Of a stretch of DNA of 32,000 bases, positions 1-8,905 are shown in pieces; position 1 is the first letter of the stretch; every line of letters starts with the position of its first letter. This stretch comes from Candidatus Lokiarchaeum ossiferum (GTDB lineage Archaea > Asgardarchaeota > Lokiarchaeia > Sigyniarchaeales > Promethearchaeaceae): positions 5,190,001-5,222,000 of the forward strand of contig CP104013.1 in assembly GCA_025839675.1 (NCBI GenBank), read 5' to 3'. Position numbers and translations under genes: made by a program. The notes beneath the pieces are model-generated. The model worked only from the letters and a program-made list of their open reading frames with translations. It searched no databases and was not told the origin of the DNA.

Positions 1-1
1 T

Positions 2-541
2 GATCCTGAAGGTATTACTGGAGAAAAATACCAATTCTTCTTGGACTTAAAACAAGTTCGACGAGGGCGAATTAGTGAATACGCTGAAGAATTCAATGTG
101 GAATATTATGCTAATAAGCGCCCATGGGAAATTAAGGCTGATATTGCGTTACCATGTGCAACTCAGAATGAAATTGACGCCTCTGATGCTCAAAAATTAA
201 TTGATAATGGCGTTATTGCAGTTTCTGAAGGAGCAAACATGCCAACTACTCTTGAAGCAACCAACCTATTCTTGAAAGCAGGTGTTGCGTTTGGTCCAGG
301 TAAAGCAGCCAATGCTGGTGGTGTTGCAACTTCTGGATTGGAAATGGCACAAAATAACATGATGATTGGCTGGTCAAGGGAAGAAGTGGACCGCAAATTA
401 CATGATATTATGATTGGTATCCATAGCAAATCCTATGCTGCTTCTAAAGAATATGGTGAGCCTGGAAATTATGTTTTAGGTGCCAATATTGCTGGTTTCA
501 TGAAAGTTGCAAATGCAATGATCGCTCAAGGCCACTGGTAA
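2..541 (+). CDS. gdhA: Glutamate dehydrogenase, C-terminal portion (5' end lies upstream of the window)
   Basis: The frame is open from base 2 (DPEGITGEKYQFF...), upstream of the listed ATG at 41. Translation shows GDH C-terminal blocks RPWEIKADIALPCATQNEI, EGANMPTT, GPGKAANAGGVATSGLEMAQN and ANIAGFMKVANAM. Stop TAA at 539-541. Confidence 0.9.
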   Translation, partial: DPEGITGEKYQFFLDLKQVRRGRISEYAEEFNVEYYANKRPWEIKADIALPCATQNEIDASDAQKLIDNGVIAVSEGANMPTTLEATNLFLKAGVAFGPGKAANAGGVATSGLEMAQNNMMIGWSREEVDRKLHDIMIGIHSKSYAASKEYGEPGNYVLGANIAGFMKVANAMIAQGHW

Positions 542-546
542 TATTC

Positions 547-584
547 TGAACTTGATTTAAAATAGTTCAAATTTTTTTCTTTTC
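547..584. terminator. Hairpin plus T-run between convergent genes
   Basis: TGAACT (547-552) pairs with AGTTCA (564-569) around an 11-nt loop. A T7 run follows at 572-578, with more T-rich sequence after it. Oligo-T tracts are the usual archaeal termination signal. The site lies between the gdh stop and the stop of the minus-strand gene ending at 704. Confidence 0.35.
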
Positions 585-703
585 CTTAATAATATGATAT
601 CCTTTGAAAAATCAAAGTAATTTTAGATCATTGTTGGTTTTTAACTGAGCAACTCTAAAATTTAAACATTAATTGATATTGAATCAAGAAAAAATGGAAA
701 TTA

Positions 704-3361
704 TTATTCTTTCACTTTGCCTTTCAAATAGCAAACACCTTTTTGAGTCAAAGAATCCAAGGTAAGATGAATTTTTTGTCCTGTTTCCATCTTATCTGCA
801 TCTATCACTTTAAGGGCATAGGACCAGTTCTCGTAATCAGGAAACAGTTGTTTCAAAATATTGGGGACTGTATGGAAAAAGGTGCGATTTAGTTTGAAAT
901 CGCCCTTATCTGGATTCATGGCAAAGTAAATAATATTGTCTTCTACGATATTATTGAAGAAATGAGTTCCTAACGAAATATCGGGAACAAGGCCGTCATG
1001 CATTTCGGCAATTTCTCCCATCACAGTGACATTACTTATTTCTGAATAATTTACAGGAATTCCTAAACTTGGCGTGGTTGTTCCCCATCTACCAGGTCCT
1101 AGCAATAAAATTTTATGTCCCTTAGAATTTGACAACTCATTCAATTTTCCGATTAATCTTGCAATGGAGTACTTTTCACGGGTAGTCAATTTTCCATAAA
1201 TATTTGGGACTACGTAAATAACTCGATCTATTAAAATTGCCCGACTCGTTCCAATTATTGGCCCATTGGTTTCAAAGATTAATTTTTTTGCTTGGATATT
1301 TTCTGGCATTTTTATTTTGTGGATTTCTTTATGAACTTGAAAAGGACGACATTGGAGTAAATTTATGCGAAAATCCGATGGATTCATGAAATTGGCTGTG
1401 TACTCTATATCGACGGGGTTGACATAGACTTCTTGCAAACATTCCATTAAACGTTTCATTGTACTGATAAAATTTGTGTTTGAAATCACAGGATCAAAAG
1501 TGAGAATTCCGGTGAACACATCTTTTCTTCCTGCATTTTCCATCCTTTGTTCTAAACCCCTATCCGTGGTTGTGAAAAGTTCCAACGGTAATTCTTCAAT
1601 TTTCGGAGCCACTTTGTAGATGTGATTGTTGGAAAATTGGTTTTGTTTTAAGTCAATATAATCAAATTTATTTTGGGAATATTTTCGTATTTGTTCGACA
1701 TTCGAGGAGGTTCGTAAATCAGGGATATTTAAAGCGATTAATCTCGTATAATCATCATCCGTTCTATCTACTGCGCGGGTACCAAGTCCAAAAACCATTC
1801 GGAGAAATCCCGATTTGGGATCGATTTTCTTATTCCACACAAATGGATTGTATGAAAACCCCACCCCAGCGAGATGCGGGAAAAATATATCCTCATATTT
1901 CACACCTGAAACCCTCATGATTAAAAGAGCCATTTCTTCATCTTTGTCCAACAAACCTCGAGAACGACGATACTGCAAAGCATCACGATTAATGGTGCTA
2001 GCATAGATTTCTTTTACTGCTTTGACAAAATTTCGTAATCTTTCTTCTGGTGGTCCCTGATTTGGGCAAAAAATAGTCATATATTTTCCAGAAAAGGAGT
2101 TACCAAAGGCATCTTCTTGAAGACTACTTGAACGTACAACAATAGGTGACTGGCCAAAATAATGTAACATTTCAGAAAATTGGCGCAAGATATATCTTGG
2201 AAAAGTACCATTGATTATTTTTGCTCTAGCTTCATCTATACCTTGCAAAAAAGTGTTAGGATTGGATAGTCGTTTACGATCCCACCAAATATCATTCGTA
2301 ACCAAATAACTATAGAATAAGTGAGATCCTATATAAAAAGAATCGTGTTTTTCTAATTTGCGCGCAATTTCGGGTTCATTTTTCCGTAAAATGGCTCGGG
2401 CTAATATCAATCCAACTGTTTTTCCTCCCACAAGCCCCGTTCCAATCATTCGTCTGCCGATTATCAGTAGATCTTCCAAAGTAATAAATTGGACTGCTAA
2501 AACGCGCATTCGATCATCTTGAACAAACATTCGTCGCATAATTTTATTTTTCAAAAGTTCTGGGTTGATCTCAGGTTTTTGTCCTTTTTTTATGCTTTTT
2601 AGAACATCATCGGCTTGTTTAAAGAGTAAAAACCAAGAATCCATTCTTCGAATAGTGAAATCTAGCTCTGAAATTGGCGTGTTTGATAAGGTTTTTGCAA
2701 CAATTCCGCTTTGATTAACCGGGATAAAATCTCCTGTAGGATCAGTCGGATCTATCCATTGATGTAGCATGTAAATCGTGGATGAATGTCGATTTAACAC
2801 TTTTAAGGGGTGAATAAACACTCCATCATCGTTTTTATGTACATTTATCACGATTGAAGCTGCATTGTGAATTTCTTTTATAGAATGGGATGCGTTACTA
2901 TCTCTTTTAATTATAAAATATCCGATACTATCATTTTTTTTTAAAAAGGGTGCAATTAATACAAAGAAATTTGCAATCATTACGTCGCTGAACCATTCGA
3001 CGGCTAAATTGGTTAAATGATCAAAAATATAATAAATTCCTTTCCCCTTTCCACTCATTTCCCTAATAATATTTGATAAGCAATGTTCAAATCCTTCGCT
3101 TGGATTAATATAAATTATTGTTCCTGCACTATCATTTGGGATAAAAGAAAAATGTTCTGCAAATCGGAAGTAGACAAAACTTTTTTTCTCTTTATTTGCA
3201 TTCCGTGCATAATTATAAACAAACGGTTTTATATTCTGAAGATCTTCCACTTGCCATACTAAAGTATCTCCTGGAACTATACCTTTAAGGATATTGTCTA
3301 ACCCAAATATTCCTGTGCTGAATTTCTCGTTTTTTGACGTACTATTTTCTTCTCTATTCAT
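704..3361 (-). CDS. Large PEP/pyruvate-binding (PPDK_N ATP-grasp) domain protein with degenerate KaiC/RecA-like N-terminal domain, paralogue 2
   Basis: 885-aa ORF with ATG at 3361. The N-terminal ~220 aa are collinear with KaiC/RadA-type RecA-fold domains (FSTGIFGLDNILKGIVPGD, IFDHLTNL, HPLKVLNRH), but the Walker-A position reads LVWQVEDLQNIK rather than GxxGxGKT. The middle carries PPDK_N signatures GLVGGKTVG, VVRSSSLQEDAFGNSFSGKY, MALLIMRVSG, GVGFSYNP and VFGLGTRAVD. The C-terminal ~230 aa carry GPGRWGTTTPSLGIPV and PDISLGTHFFNNIVE blocks that I cannot assign to a family. No phosphohistidine swivel motif was seen. Confidence 0.8.
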   Translation of the reverse strand: MNREENSTSKNEKFSTGIFGLDNILKGIVPGDTLVWQVEDLQNIKPFVYNYARNANKEKKSFVYFRFAEHFSFIPNDSAGTIIYINPSEGFEHCLSNIIREMSGKGKGIYYIFDHLTNLAVEWFSDVMIANFFVLIAPFLKKNDSIGYFIIKRDSNASHSIKEIHNAASIVINVHKNDDGVFIHPLKVLNRHSSTIYMLHQWIDPTDPTGDFIPVNQSGIVAKTLSNTPISELDFTIRRMDSWFLLFKQADDVLKSIKKGQKPEINPELLKNKIMRRMFVQDDRMRVLAVQFITLEDLLIIGRRMIGTGLVGGKTVGLILARAILRKNEPEIARKLEKHDSFYIGSHLFYSYLVTNDIWWDRKRLSNPNTFLQGIDEARAKIINGTFPRYILRQFSEMLHYFGQSPIVVRSSSLQEDAFGNSFSGKYMTIFCPNQGPPEERLRNFVKAVKEIYASTINRDALQYRRSRGLLDKDEEMALLIMRVSGVKYEDIFFPHLAGVGFSYNPFVWNKKIDPKSGFLRMVFGLGTRAVDRTDDDYTRLIALNIPDLRTSSNVEQIRKYSQNKFDYIDLKQNQFSNNHIYKVAPKIEELPLELFTTTDRGLEQRMENAGRKDVFTGILTFDPVISNTNFISTMKRLMECLQEVYVNPVDIEYTANFMNPSDFRINLLQCRPFQVHKEIHKIKMPENIQAKKLIFETNGPIIGTSRAILIDRVIYVVPNIYGKLTTREKYSIARLIGKLNELSNSKGHKILLLGPGRWGTTTPSLGIPVNYSEISNVTVMGEIAEMHDGLVPDISLGTHFFNNIVEDNIIYFAMNPDKGDFKLNRTFFHTVPNILKQLFPDYENWSYALKVIDADKMETGQKIHLTLDSLTQKGVCYLKGKVKE

Positions 3362-3379
3362 ATTAGAACTAATCCTATT

Positions 3380-3394
3380 TTTTTTTTATATAGG
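3380..3394 (-). promoter_or_regulatory. TATA-box-like element upstream of paralogue 2
   Basis: The minus strand reads CCTATATAAAAAAAA roughly 20-30 nt upstream of the ATG at 3361, in the 63-nt gap between the two paralogues. This spacing fits a leaderless or short-leader archaeal transcript. Confidence 0.4.
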
Positions 3395-3424
3395 TTAAAA
3401 AAATGGAGGTTTTTGTCCATTAAA

Positions 3425-6046
3425 TTATTTATAACAATAACCAATTTGAGTAATTGAGTTCATGTTTAGTTTGACTTCTCTTTCTTTATTGATCAGGGGG
3501 GGATCAATAACTTTGATTGCGTGTTCCCACTGCTGACCATTTGGTATAATCTCCAAAAGTTGGTTCTTTTCTGAGACGAAATAATCCCGATTTAAGTAAT
3601 TATCTTTTCCTTCAGGGTTCAATGCTATATAGAGCATATCAAGTTCAACTATATTGTTGAAAAAATGGGTTCCCAAGCTAATATCGGGGATTAACCCTGA
3701 ATGCATTTCTGCAATTTCACAAATTATTGACACTTGATTAATTTCCGCAAATATTACTGGAATTCCTAAACTCGGAGATGAAGTTCCCCATCTACCTGGA
3801 CCTAATAACATGATCTTCTTTTTCTTTGAAGAAGGGTGATGATTAATTTTTCCAATTAAACGCGCAATTTCATGACGATCTCGCATGCCCATTTGACCGT
3901 AAATTTTAGGAACGATGTATATTATACGATCTAGAGTTGTGGCAATACTTGTTCCAATTATCGGTCCTGAAGTTTTAATAATAATCTCTTTTGACTCAAT
4001 TTCTGAAGGGGAATCAATTATTTTTATTTGAGATTTGATTTGGAATGGTCTACACTGTAATAAATTAATCTTATATTTTTGATCTTTGAAAAAATTCACG
4101 GAAAACTCAACATCAACTGGAGTTTGATAGGCATGTTGTAATGTTTTTAAAATATTACCAAAATCTTTGATGAAATTTGTTTCTCTTAATAGACGATCAA
4201 AAGTTAGAACTAATGAAAAAGGAATTGGACGATTTGATTCTTCTGCTCTTTTTTCAAGTTCTGCATCTCTTTCAGCATACAATTCAATAGGAATATTTGG
4301 ATTTTCCTTCATTACAGCTCGAAAGCGGTGCGTTGTTAAATGATTTTCCTTAAGATCAAGAACATCTACCTTTTTCTGAGAAACAGGCAATATATCAGAA
4401 AATGATTTTTCTAAACGTAAAGTGGGGCAATTGACAGCAACTAATCGAGTGTAATCATCGTCGGTTCGGTCTACTGCCCGTGTTCCCAATCCAAAAACCA
4501 ATCGAATAAAACCTGCTTTAGGATCTATTCTTTGATCCCATACATAGGGATTGAAAGAAAATCCCACCCCTGCTGCTTGAGGATAAAAATAATTTCCATA
4601 TATTGATCCGGAGACACGTTGGACAAGTAGCGCCATTTGTTCGTCCATATCTATCAATCCTCGCATTTTACGATATGTTAAAGCATCTTTTCCTACTGTA
4701 CTAGCGTACACAGTTTTTACTGCTTGAAGAAATTTTTCCATTCTTTCTTCAGGTGGTCCTTGATTCGCCAAAAAAACACTTTCATATTTTCCTGAAAATG
4801 AATTTCCATAGGCATCTTCTTGCAAACTACTTGATCTGACGATTATTGGTGCTTGACCGTAATAATCGAGCATGTTTTCAAATTGTTCCATTATATGAGG
4901 GGGAAATACTCCAGCCATTATTTTTTGGTTCGTTTCTTCTAAATTCGTTAAAAAGGTCTCTTCTGCACATAATTTTCTTCTTTCCCACCAGCAATCATTT
5001 TCTACCAAGAAGGAATAATATACTTCGGATCCAATAAAAAAAGAATCTTGAATTTCAAGAATATCTTCCCACTTTGGATCATCCTTTTTTAAAATTGCTT
5101 GTGCGATAAGCATTCCGACCGATTTTCCACCGATTAGTCCCGTACCTATAAGACGTTTTCCAATGGCTAGTAAATCTTCTAATTCAAAATAATTCACCGC
5201 TAAAATGAATAGTAAATCGTCTCGGACAATTGCCATCTTTAATAAACGATTTTTAAAAATATTCGCTTGTACGGGTGATATTTCTCCCAATAAGATGCCT
5301 TCTAAAGTTTCTTGCGCTTGTTTAAATGTGATATGCCATAGATCCTGCTTTTTCCCACGAAAATCAAGCCAAGGTTGCAATTTTCGCGCTAATATTTTGG
5401 CAATTGTTGCACTTTCTTTAACAGGATAAATGACATCTTCTGAATTTTCTTTTTTATCCCATTTATGAAGCATATAAAGGGTTGGGGAATACCTTTTTTC
5501 TACTTTAATGGGTTGTATATATATCTCTTCTTCATTTTCATAAATTTCGAGAACAACTTGGGCCGTTTTTTGAATATTAGTTATTGTATTTATTTCATGG
5601 CGATTTCGCATGAGAGCAAAATAGGCAATAGTATCAAATTTGTAAAGATAAGGGCAAGTTAACATAAAAAAATTTCCAACCATGACATCACTATACCAAT
5701 CAACCGCCAAATTACTTAGAGAATCGAATACATAACATGTTCCGATACCGAATTTTTCAATCGTGGAAATTATTTGAGAAACAAAGTTTTCAAATCCTTT
5801 TTCTGGTTCTAAATGATAGATATGATATTCCACATCTTCAGGGACTAATCGTTCATGGAGTGCAAATCGAAAGTAAATGATTTCTTTTCCTTCAGCATAT
5901 GCTTGACGAGTGAAGCGGTGAACAAATGGGATAAAAAGTTTTATTGATTCTAATCGTAAAACAACATTATCGCCTGGTTTCAATCCGTGAAGCATTGAGT
6001 CTAATGGAAGAATCCCCGTACTAAAATTCAAATCGACATTTTTCAT
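3425..6046 (-). CDS. Large PEP/pyruvate-binding (PPDK_N ATP-grasp) domain protein with degenerate KaiC/RecA-like N-terminal domain, paralogue 1
   Basis: 873-aa ORF with ATG at 6046, collinear with the downstream 885-aa protein over its whole length. Shared blocks include FSTGILPLDSMLHGLKPGD, GLIGGKSVG, IVRSSSLQEDAYGNSFSGKY, GVGFSFNP, VFGLGTRAVDRTDDDYTRL, LLQCRPFQ, GPGRWGTSSPSLGIPV and PDISLGTHFFNNIVE. The Walker-A position is again non-canonical (VVLRLESIKLFIPF). Confidence 0.8.
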   Translation of the reverse strand: MKNVDLNFSTGILPLDSMLHGLKPGDNVVLRLESIKLFIPFVHRFTRQAYAEGKEIIYFRFALHERLVPEDVEYHIYHLEPEKGFENFVSQIISTIEKFGIGTCYVFDSLSNLAVDWYSDVMVGNFFMLTCPYLYKFDTIAYFALMRNRHEINTITNIQKTAQVVLEIYENEEEIYIQPIKVEKRYSPTLYMLHKWDKKENSEDVIYPVKESATIAKILARKLQPWLDFRGKKQDLWHITFKQAQETLEGILLGEISPVQANIFKNRLLKMAIVRDDLLFILAVNYFELEDLLAIGKRLIGTGLIGGKSVGMLIAQAILKKDDPKWEDILEIQDSFFIGSEVYYSFLVENDCWWERRKLCAEETFLTNLEETNQKIMAGVFPPHIMEQFENMLDYYGQAPIIVRSSSLQEDAYGNSFSGKYESVFLANQGPPEERMEKFLQAVKTVYASTVGKDALTYRKMRGLIDMDEQMALLVQRVSGSIYGNYFYPQAAGVGFSFNPYVWDQRIDPKAGFIRLVFGLGTRAVDRTDDDYTRLVAVNCPTLRLEKSFSDILPVSQKKVDVLDLKENHLTTHRFRAVMKENPNIPIELYAERDAELEKRAEESNRPIPFSLVLTFDRLLRETNFIKDFGNILKTLQHAYQTPVDVEFSVNFFKDQKYKINLLQCRPFQIKSQIKIIDSPSEIESKEIIIKTSGPIIGTSIATTLDRIIYIVPKIYGQMGMRDRHEIARLIGKINHHPSSKKKKIMLLGPGRWGTSSPSLGIPVIFAEINQVSIICEIAEMHSGLIPDISLGTHFFNNIVELDMLYIALNPEGKDNYLNRDYFVSEKNQLLEIIPNGQQWEHAIKVIDPPLINKEREVKLNMNSITQIGYCYK

Positions 6047-6086
6047 ATCTACTAGTAAATATGATTTTTAACGTAATAATTCTGCA

Positions 6087-6098
6087 CTTTTTATATCG
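6087..6098 (-). promoter_or_regulatory. TATA-box-like element upstream of paralogue 1
   Basis: The minus strand reads CGATATAAAAAG about 40-50 nt upstream of the ATG at 6046, inside the 140-nt gap after the E1-like gene. Confidence 0.35.
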
Positions 6099-6186
6099 AG
6101 ATATTTCTCAGAATCCCTATTCAAAACAAAAAAAAAACTAAAAAAATATGAAAAAAAAAAGAAATTAAGTTCAATATTAAAATGGA

Positions 6187-7806
6187 TTACAATAATTGAA
6201 GAATAACATTGAATTGTTTTATCTCATTCTCTTCCTTTTTCTTCCCAAAAGCAGTCAATGTTATTTCATCCAAATTTTTCAATTCAAATTCTTCCAGCTT
6301 TTGTGGACCTGTTCGTCCTTTTTCAAAGAGGGGGTTATAGACAAATTGTTTCGTCAAGGGATTGGTAATCATCCAACCGTCAAGAGTGATGGAAGAATTC
6401 ACTTCATTCATTGCCTTGAATAAATCGGATACAGTGCTTTCTTTTGGAAGTGCAACGGTTAAGTTTTCCTGTCCTTTTCCAGATCCACAAACCACGCATG
6501 AGTCAATTCTCGAAATATCGACTTGATCAAATATTCCGTATACTCCATTGTAATTGATGTAGGGAGGATCCATAATCGGTCCAACATTTTTTCCTGCTTT
6601 TAAGAAAACTAATTTAATTGCTTCCTGAGATTGAATCGAAGAAATAATTGAGCTAACACTTTGGATCGCTGGAATTTTATTTCCTAAGATATTTTCCATA
6701 TCTTCTAATTCAAAATTATTTCCAAAAGTGTGCAAAATATTTTTTTTTATTTGGCTTACTTCTTCAGAAGAAATCTGAGTTTTATATTCGGGGGGAATAC
6801 TCTCATCTAACACTCTTGCACGCAACTCTTCTAATTCTTGTTGAGCGAATGCTAATGTTTCAGTCATTTCTATTTTATTGTTATAATCGGGTTTCCTCTC
6901 AAATTTCTTTGAAAATAATACTTCCCCTCGAATAGCACAATGTTCGCGAGTCCGTGGAATTCCTTTTAATGTGCAAGCTGCGACTTGATTTCTAAGCGGT
7001 GGGGGGATTGGGACAACGCATCGATAGCAAGGTGTAAAATTACACAATTCGTCTCGTTTTTCTAAAAATTCAACTTTTGCCTCTTTCTTTAAATCTTCTA
7101 GAACTGGAGTAATTTTTTCCTTCTTAATTTGGGCAATTTTATCTTCAAGCTGTTCTATTTCTGTCATTCCTAAGAAATATTGCGGATGATTTTCTTCTTC
7201 TAATGCCCAAAGTTTCTCTTGAAATATGCTATCTATCTTTTTTGTTTCATTTCCAAAAGGAATTGGTTCTCCGAATTTGTCCATTGTTTTTTCAGGCAGA
7301 ATCACCTGGACATGTCCTTCAAAACCCACGGTCCCACCTTCAATTAGTGGGATTTTCAACTTTTGGCAAAATTTATTTAGATCCATGCGTGCTTGAACAT
7401 TATCCAAAGCTGCGATGACTACTTGACATTCTAAATATTTTTCCATTGATATTTTCTGAAGGGGAATTGTATATACTTCCGTTTCCATAAAAGGATTCAT
7501 AAGTTTTAGTCGCTCAGCGGCGACTTCTGCTTTGTATCTGCCTTCATCTCCCTTGTAAAATAACATCTGGCGTGATAAATTGCTGGTTTCAATTGTGTCC
7601 AAATCACATAGGATCAATTTTCCTATACCTGCAAGGGCAAGATCCTTCGCAATTTCACAGCCTAAAGCCCCAACACCTGCGATAAAAACGGTGGAGTTTT
7701 TAACGATATTCTGATCCCATCCCTCAATTAGTTTTTGCCGTTTTGTGCGTTCTCGTTCTTCCTGAGAAAGACTCCTTTTTTTAACTTCAACAGATTTATT
7801 TGGCAT
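6187..7806 (-). CDS. Eukaryote-type ubiquitin-like-protein activating enzyme (E1-like, ThiF/MoeB/UBA superfamily) with catalytic-cysteine segment and C-terminal beta-grasp-like tail
   Basis: ATG at 7806 gives MPNKS...; the listed start at 7812 is a TTG two codons upstream. The adenylation domain shows GVGALGCEIAKDLALAGIGKLILCDLDTIETSNLSRQMLF and ALDNVQARMDLNKFC. A first CxxC (TPCYRC) is followed by PPP and then AACTLKGIPRTREHCAIRG. That segment parallels the catalytic-Cys region of eukaryotic Uba3/Uba2 as I remember it (PMCTIASMPRLPEHC). A second CxxC (CVVCGSG) precedes a ~95-aa C-terminal domain. Confidence 0.85.
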   Translation of the reverse strand: MPNKSVEVKKRSLSQEERERTKRQKLIEGWDQNIVKNSTVFIAGVGALGCEIAKDLALAGIGKLILCDLDTIETSNLSRQMLFYKGDEGRYKAEVAAERLKLMNPFMETEVYTIPLQKISMEKYLECQVVIAALDNVQARMDLNKFCQKLKIPLIEGGTVGFEGHVQVILPEKTMDKFGEPIPFGNETKKIDSIFQEKLWALEEENHPQYFLGMTEIEQLEDKIAQIKKEKITPVLEDLKKEAKVEFLEKRDELCNFTPCYRCVVPIPPPLRNQVAACTLKGIPRTREHCAIRGEVLFSKKFERKPDYNNKIEMTETLAFAQQELEELRARVLDESIPPEYKTQISSEEVSQIKKNILHTFGNNFELEDMENILGNKIPAIQSVSSIISSIQSQEAIKLVFLKAGKNVGPIMDPPYINYNGVYGIFDQVDISRIDSCVVCGSGKGQENLTVALPKESTVSDLFKAMNEVNSSITLDGWMITNPLTKQFVYNPLFEKGRTGPQKLEEFELKNLDEITLTAFGKKKEENEIKQFNVILQLL

Positions 7807-7909
7807 TGTCAAAAATTACTAGGCTTTTGATCTTTAAAGAAATTTCGTGCAAAATAAATATCCTTAGATGAAAATGAAAATGAAAAAAATGATTTTAACT
7901 ATATAAAAA

Positions 7910-8896
7910 TTATATTTTAATTGGCTTGCCAGTAAAAGGATTGAACATGGACGTCACATTCATTCCAAATAAATCTCGCACTCTTAATCGAAAAACGTAG
8001 GTGAGAATATTTTGAAGAATGATTAATACAAGTAATATCCCGTTTAAGACCACGATCATTCCAAACCAAATTAAATTTGCTTTTCCAATTACCATAACTA
8101 CAATGCAAAATGTCTTAATCACTGTTCCTCCGACAAAAGACCAAAGTTTATGCATAATCGAGAACGTTTGTTTGTAGATCTTTTGATATTCTGTCTTGAT
8201 TTTTAATTTTTCATCAGATGGAAGCTGAGCAGGAATATTTAATTTTGGGATTGGGGAGATTGCTTGGTAAAAATTTGTAATGAATTTGACAATTATTTTA
8301 AAGGGGTGGAGATCTTTCTTTCGCTGTTTTCGGGCTTCTTGTTCTTCAGGGAAACAAAACATCTCGAACTTATTATTCTGATAAGTATCTAATTCTTGGA
8401 CATATCTTGCACGAAAATTATCATAGGCTAGCACTTGTAACCCTAAGGAAAGCCCTAACACTATTCCATACACAAAAACATACATTCCTCGAGTATCAAA
8501 TTCTGCTATCATCAAACCAATAACCACAAACATAAAACCTAAGACATCACAAACTGCATCAAAGTAAGCCCCGATTTTGCTAAATTTTTTCAAATTTCTT
8601 GCCAGTGATCCATCTACATTATCGAGAACATGACCAACTAACAACATCATTCCTCCCCAAAAGAAGTGTCCTGTGGCAATAAATACTCCGGACAAGATTG
8701 TTATTATAAAGCCAATTACGGAGATTTGATTGGGCGTCATATTCAATTTTTTAGCAACCATTACTAAAGGAAAAGCCATTGGACGGTATATCAACTCATT
8801 TAAGAATTCACCGTTTTGCTTGGCACCTTTGTTATATTCTTCTACTATTTTTTCAGTACTTGTAATCATGTTGTGCACATTCTGCAAATATTTCAT
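7910..8896 (-). CDS. CDP-alcohol phosphatidyltransferase family membrane protein with long C-terminal extension
   Basis: Exact family motif D(x)2DG(x)2AR(x)8G(x)3D(x)3D in DNVDGSLARNLKKFSKIGAYFDAVCD, with multiple hydrophobic helices. A charged soluble-looking segment (RARYVQELDTYQNN...KIKTEYQKIYKQ) and further helices follow the core. At 328 aa the protein is longer than typical ~200-aa archaeal family members. The ATG at 8896 lies 9 nt after the stop of the upstream gene. Confidence 0.85.
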   Translation of the reverse strand: MKYLQNVHNMITSTEKIVEEYNKGAKQNGEFLNELIYRPMAFPLVMVAKKLNMTPNQISVIGFIITILSGVFIATGHFFWGGMMLLVGHVLDNVDGSLARNLKKFSKIGAYFDAVCDVLGFMFVVIGLMIAEFDTRGMYVFVYGIVLGLSLGLQVLAYDNFRARYVQELDTYQNNKFEMFCFPEEQEARKQRKKDLHPFKIIVKFITNFYQAISPIPKLNIPAQLPSDEKLKIKTEYQKIYKQTFSIMHKLWSFVGGTVIKTFCIVVMVIGKANLIWFGMIVVLNGILLVLIILQNILTYVFRLRVRDLFGMNVTSMFNPFTGKPIKI

Positions 8897-8905
8897 TAAA
8901 AAAAA

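Noticed and set aside
190-429. 79-aa minus-strand ORF inside the glutamate dehydrogenase gene.
   Set aside because: It lies entirely antisense to a well-conserved GDH coding frame and has no recognisable motifs, so it is a shadow ORF. The same applies to 1815-2006, 4846-5037, 5205-5429, 5465-5662, 6196-6423, 7203-7418, 7917-8108, 8730-8924, 9088-9780, 10659-10856, 12382-12573, 13565-13781, 14316-14513, 18392-18616, 24013-24195, 25724-26002, 26393-26584, 27828-28067, 28654-28914 and 29209-29430. All of these overlap stronger genes.
7868-7885. (ATGAAA)x3 micro-tandem repeat in the intergenic region upstream of the E1-like gene.
   Set aside because: Three copies of an AT-rich hexamer in a low-complexity spacer have no flanking structure or repeat-array character. 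This is probably compositional noise.
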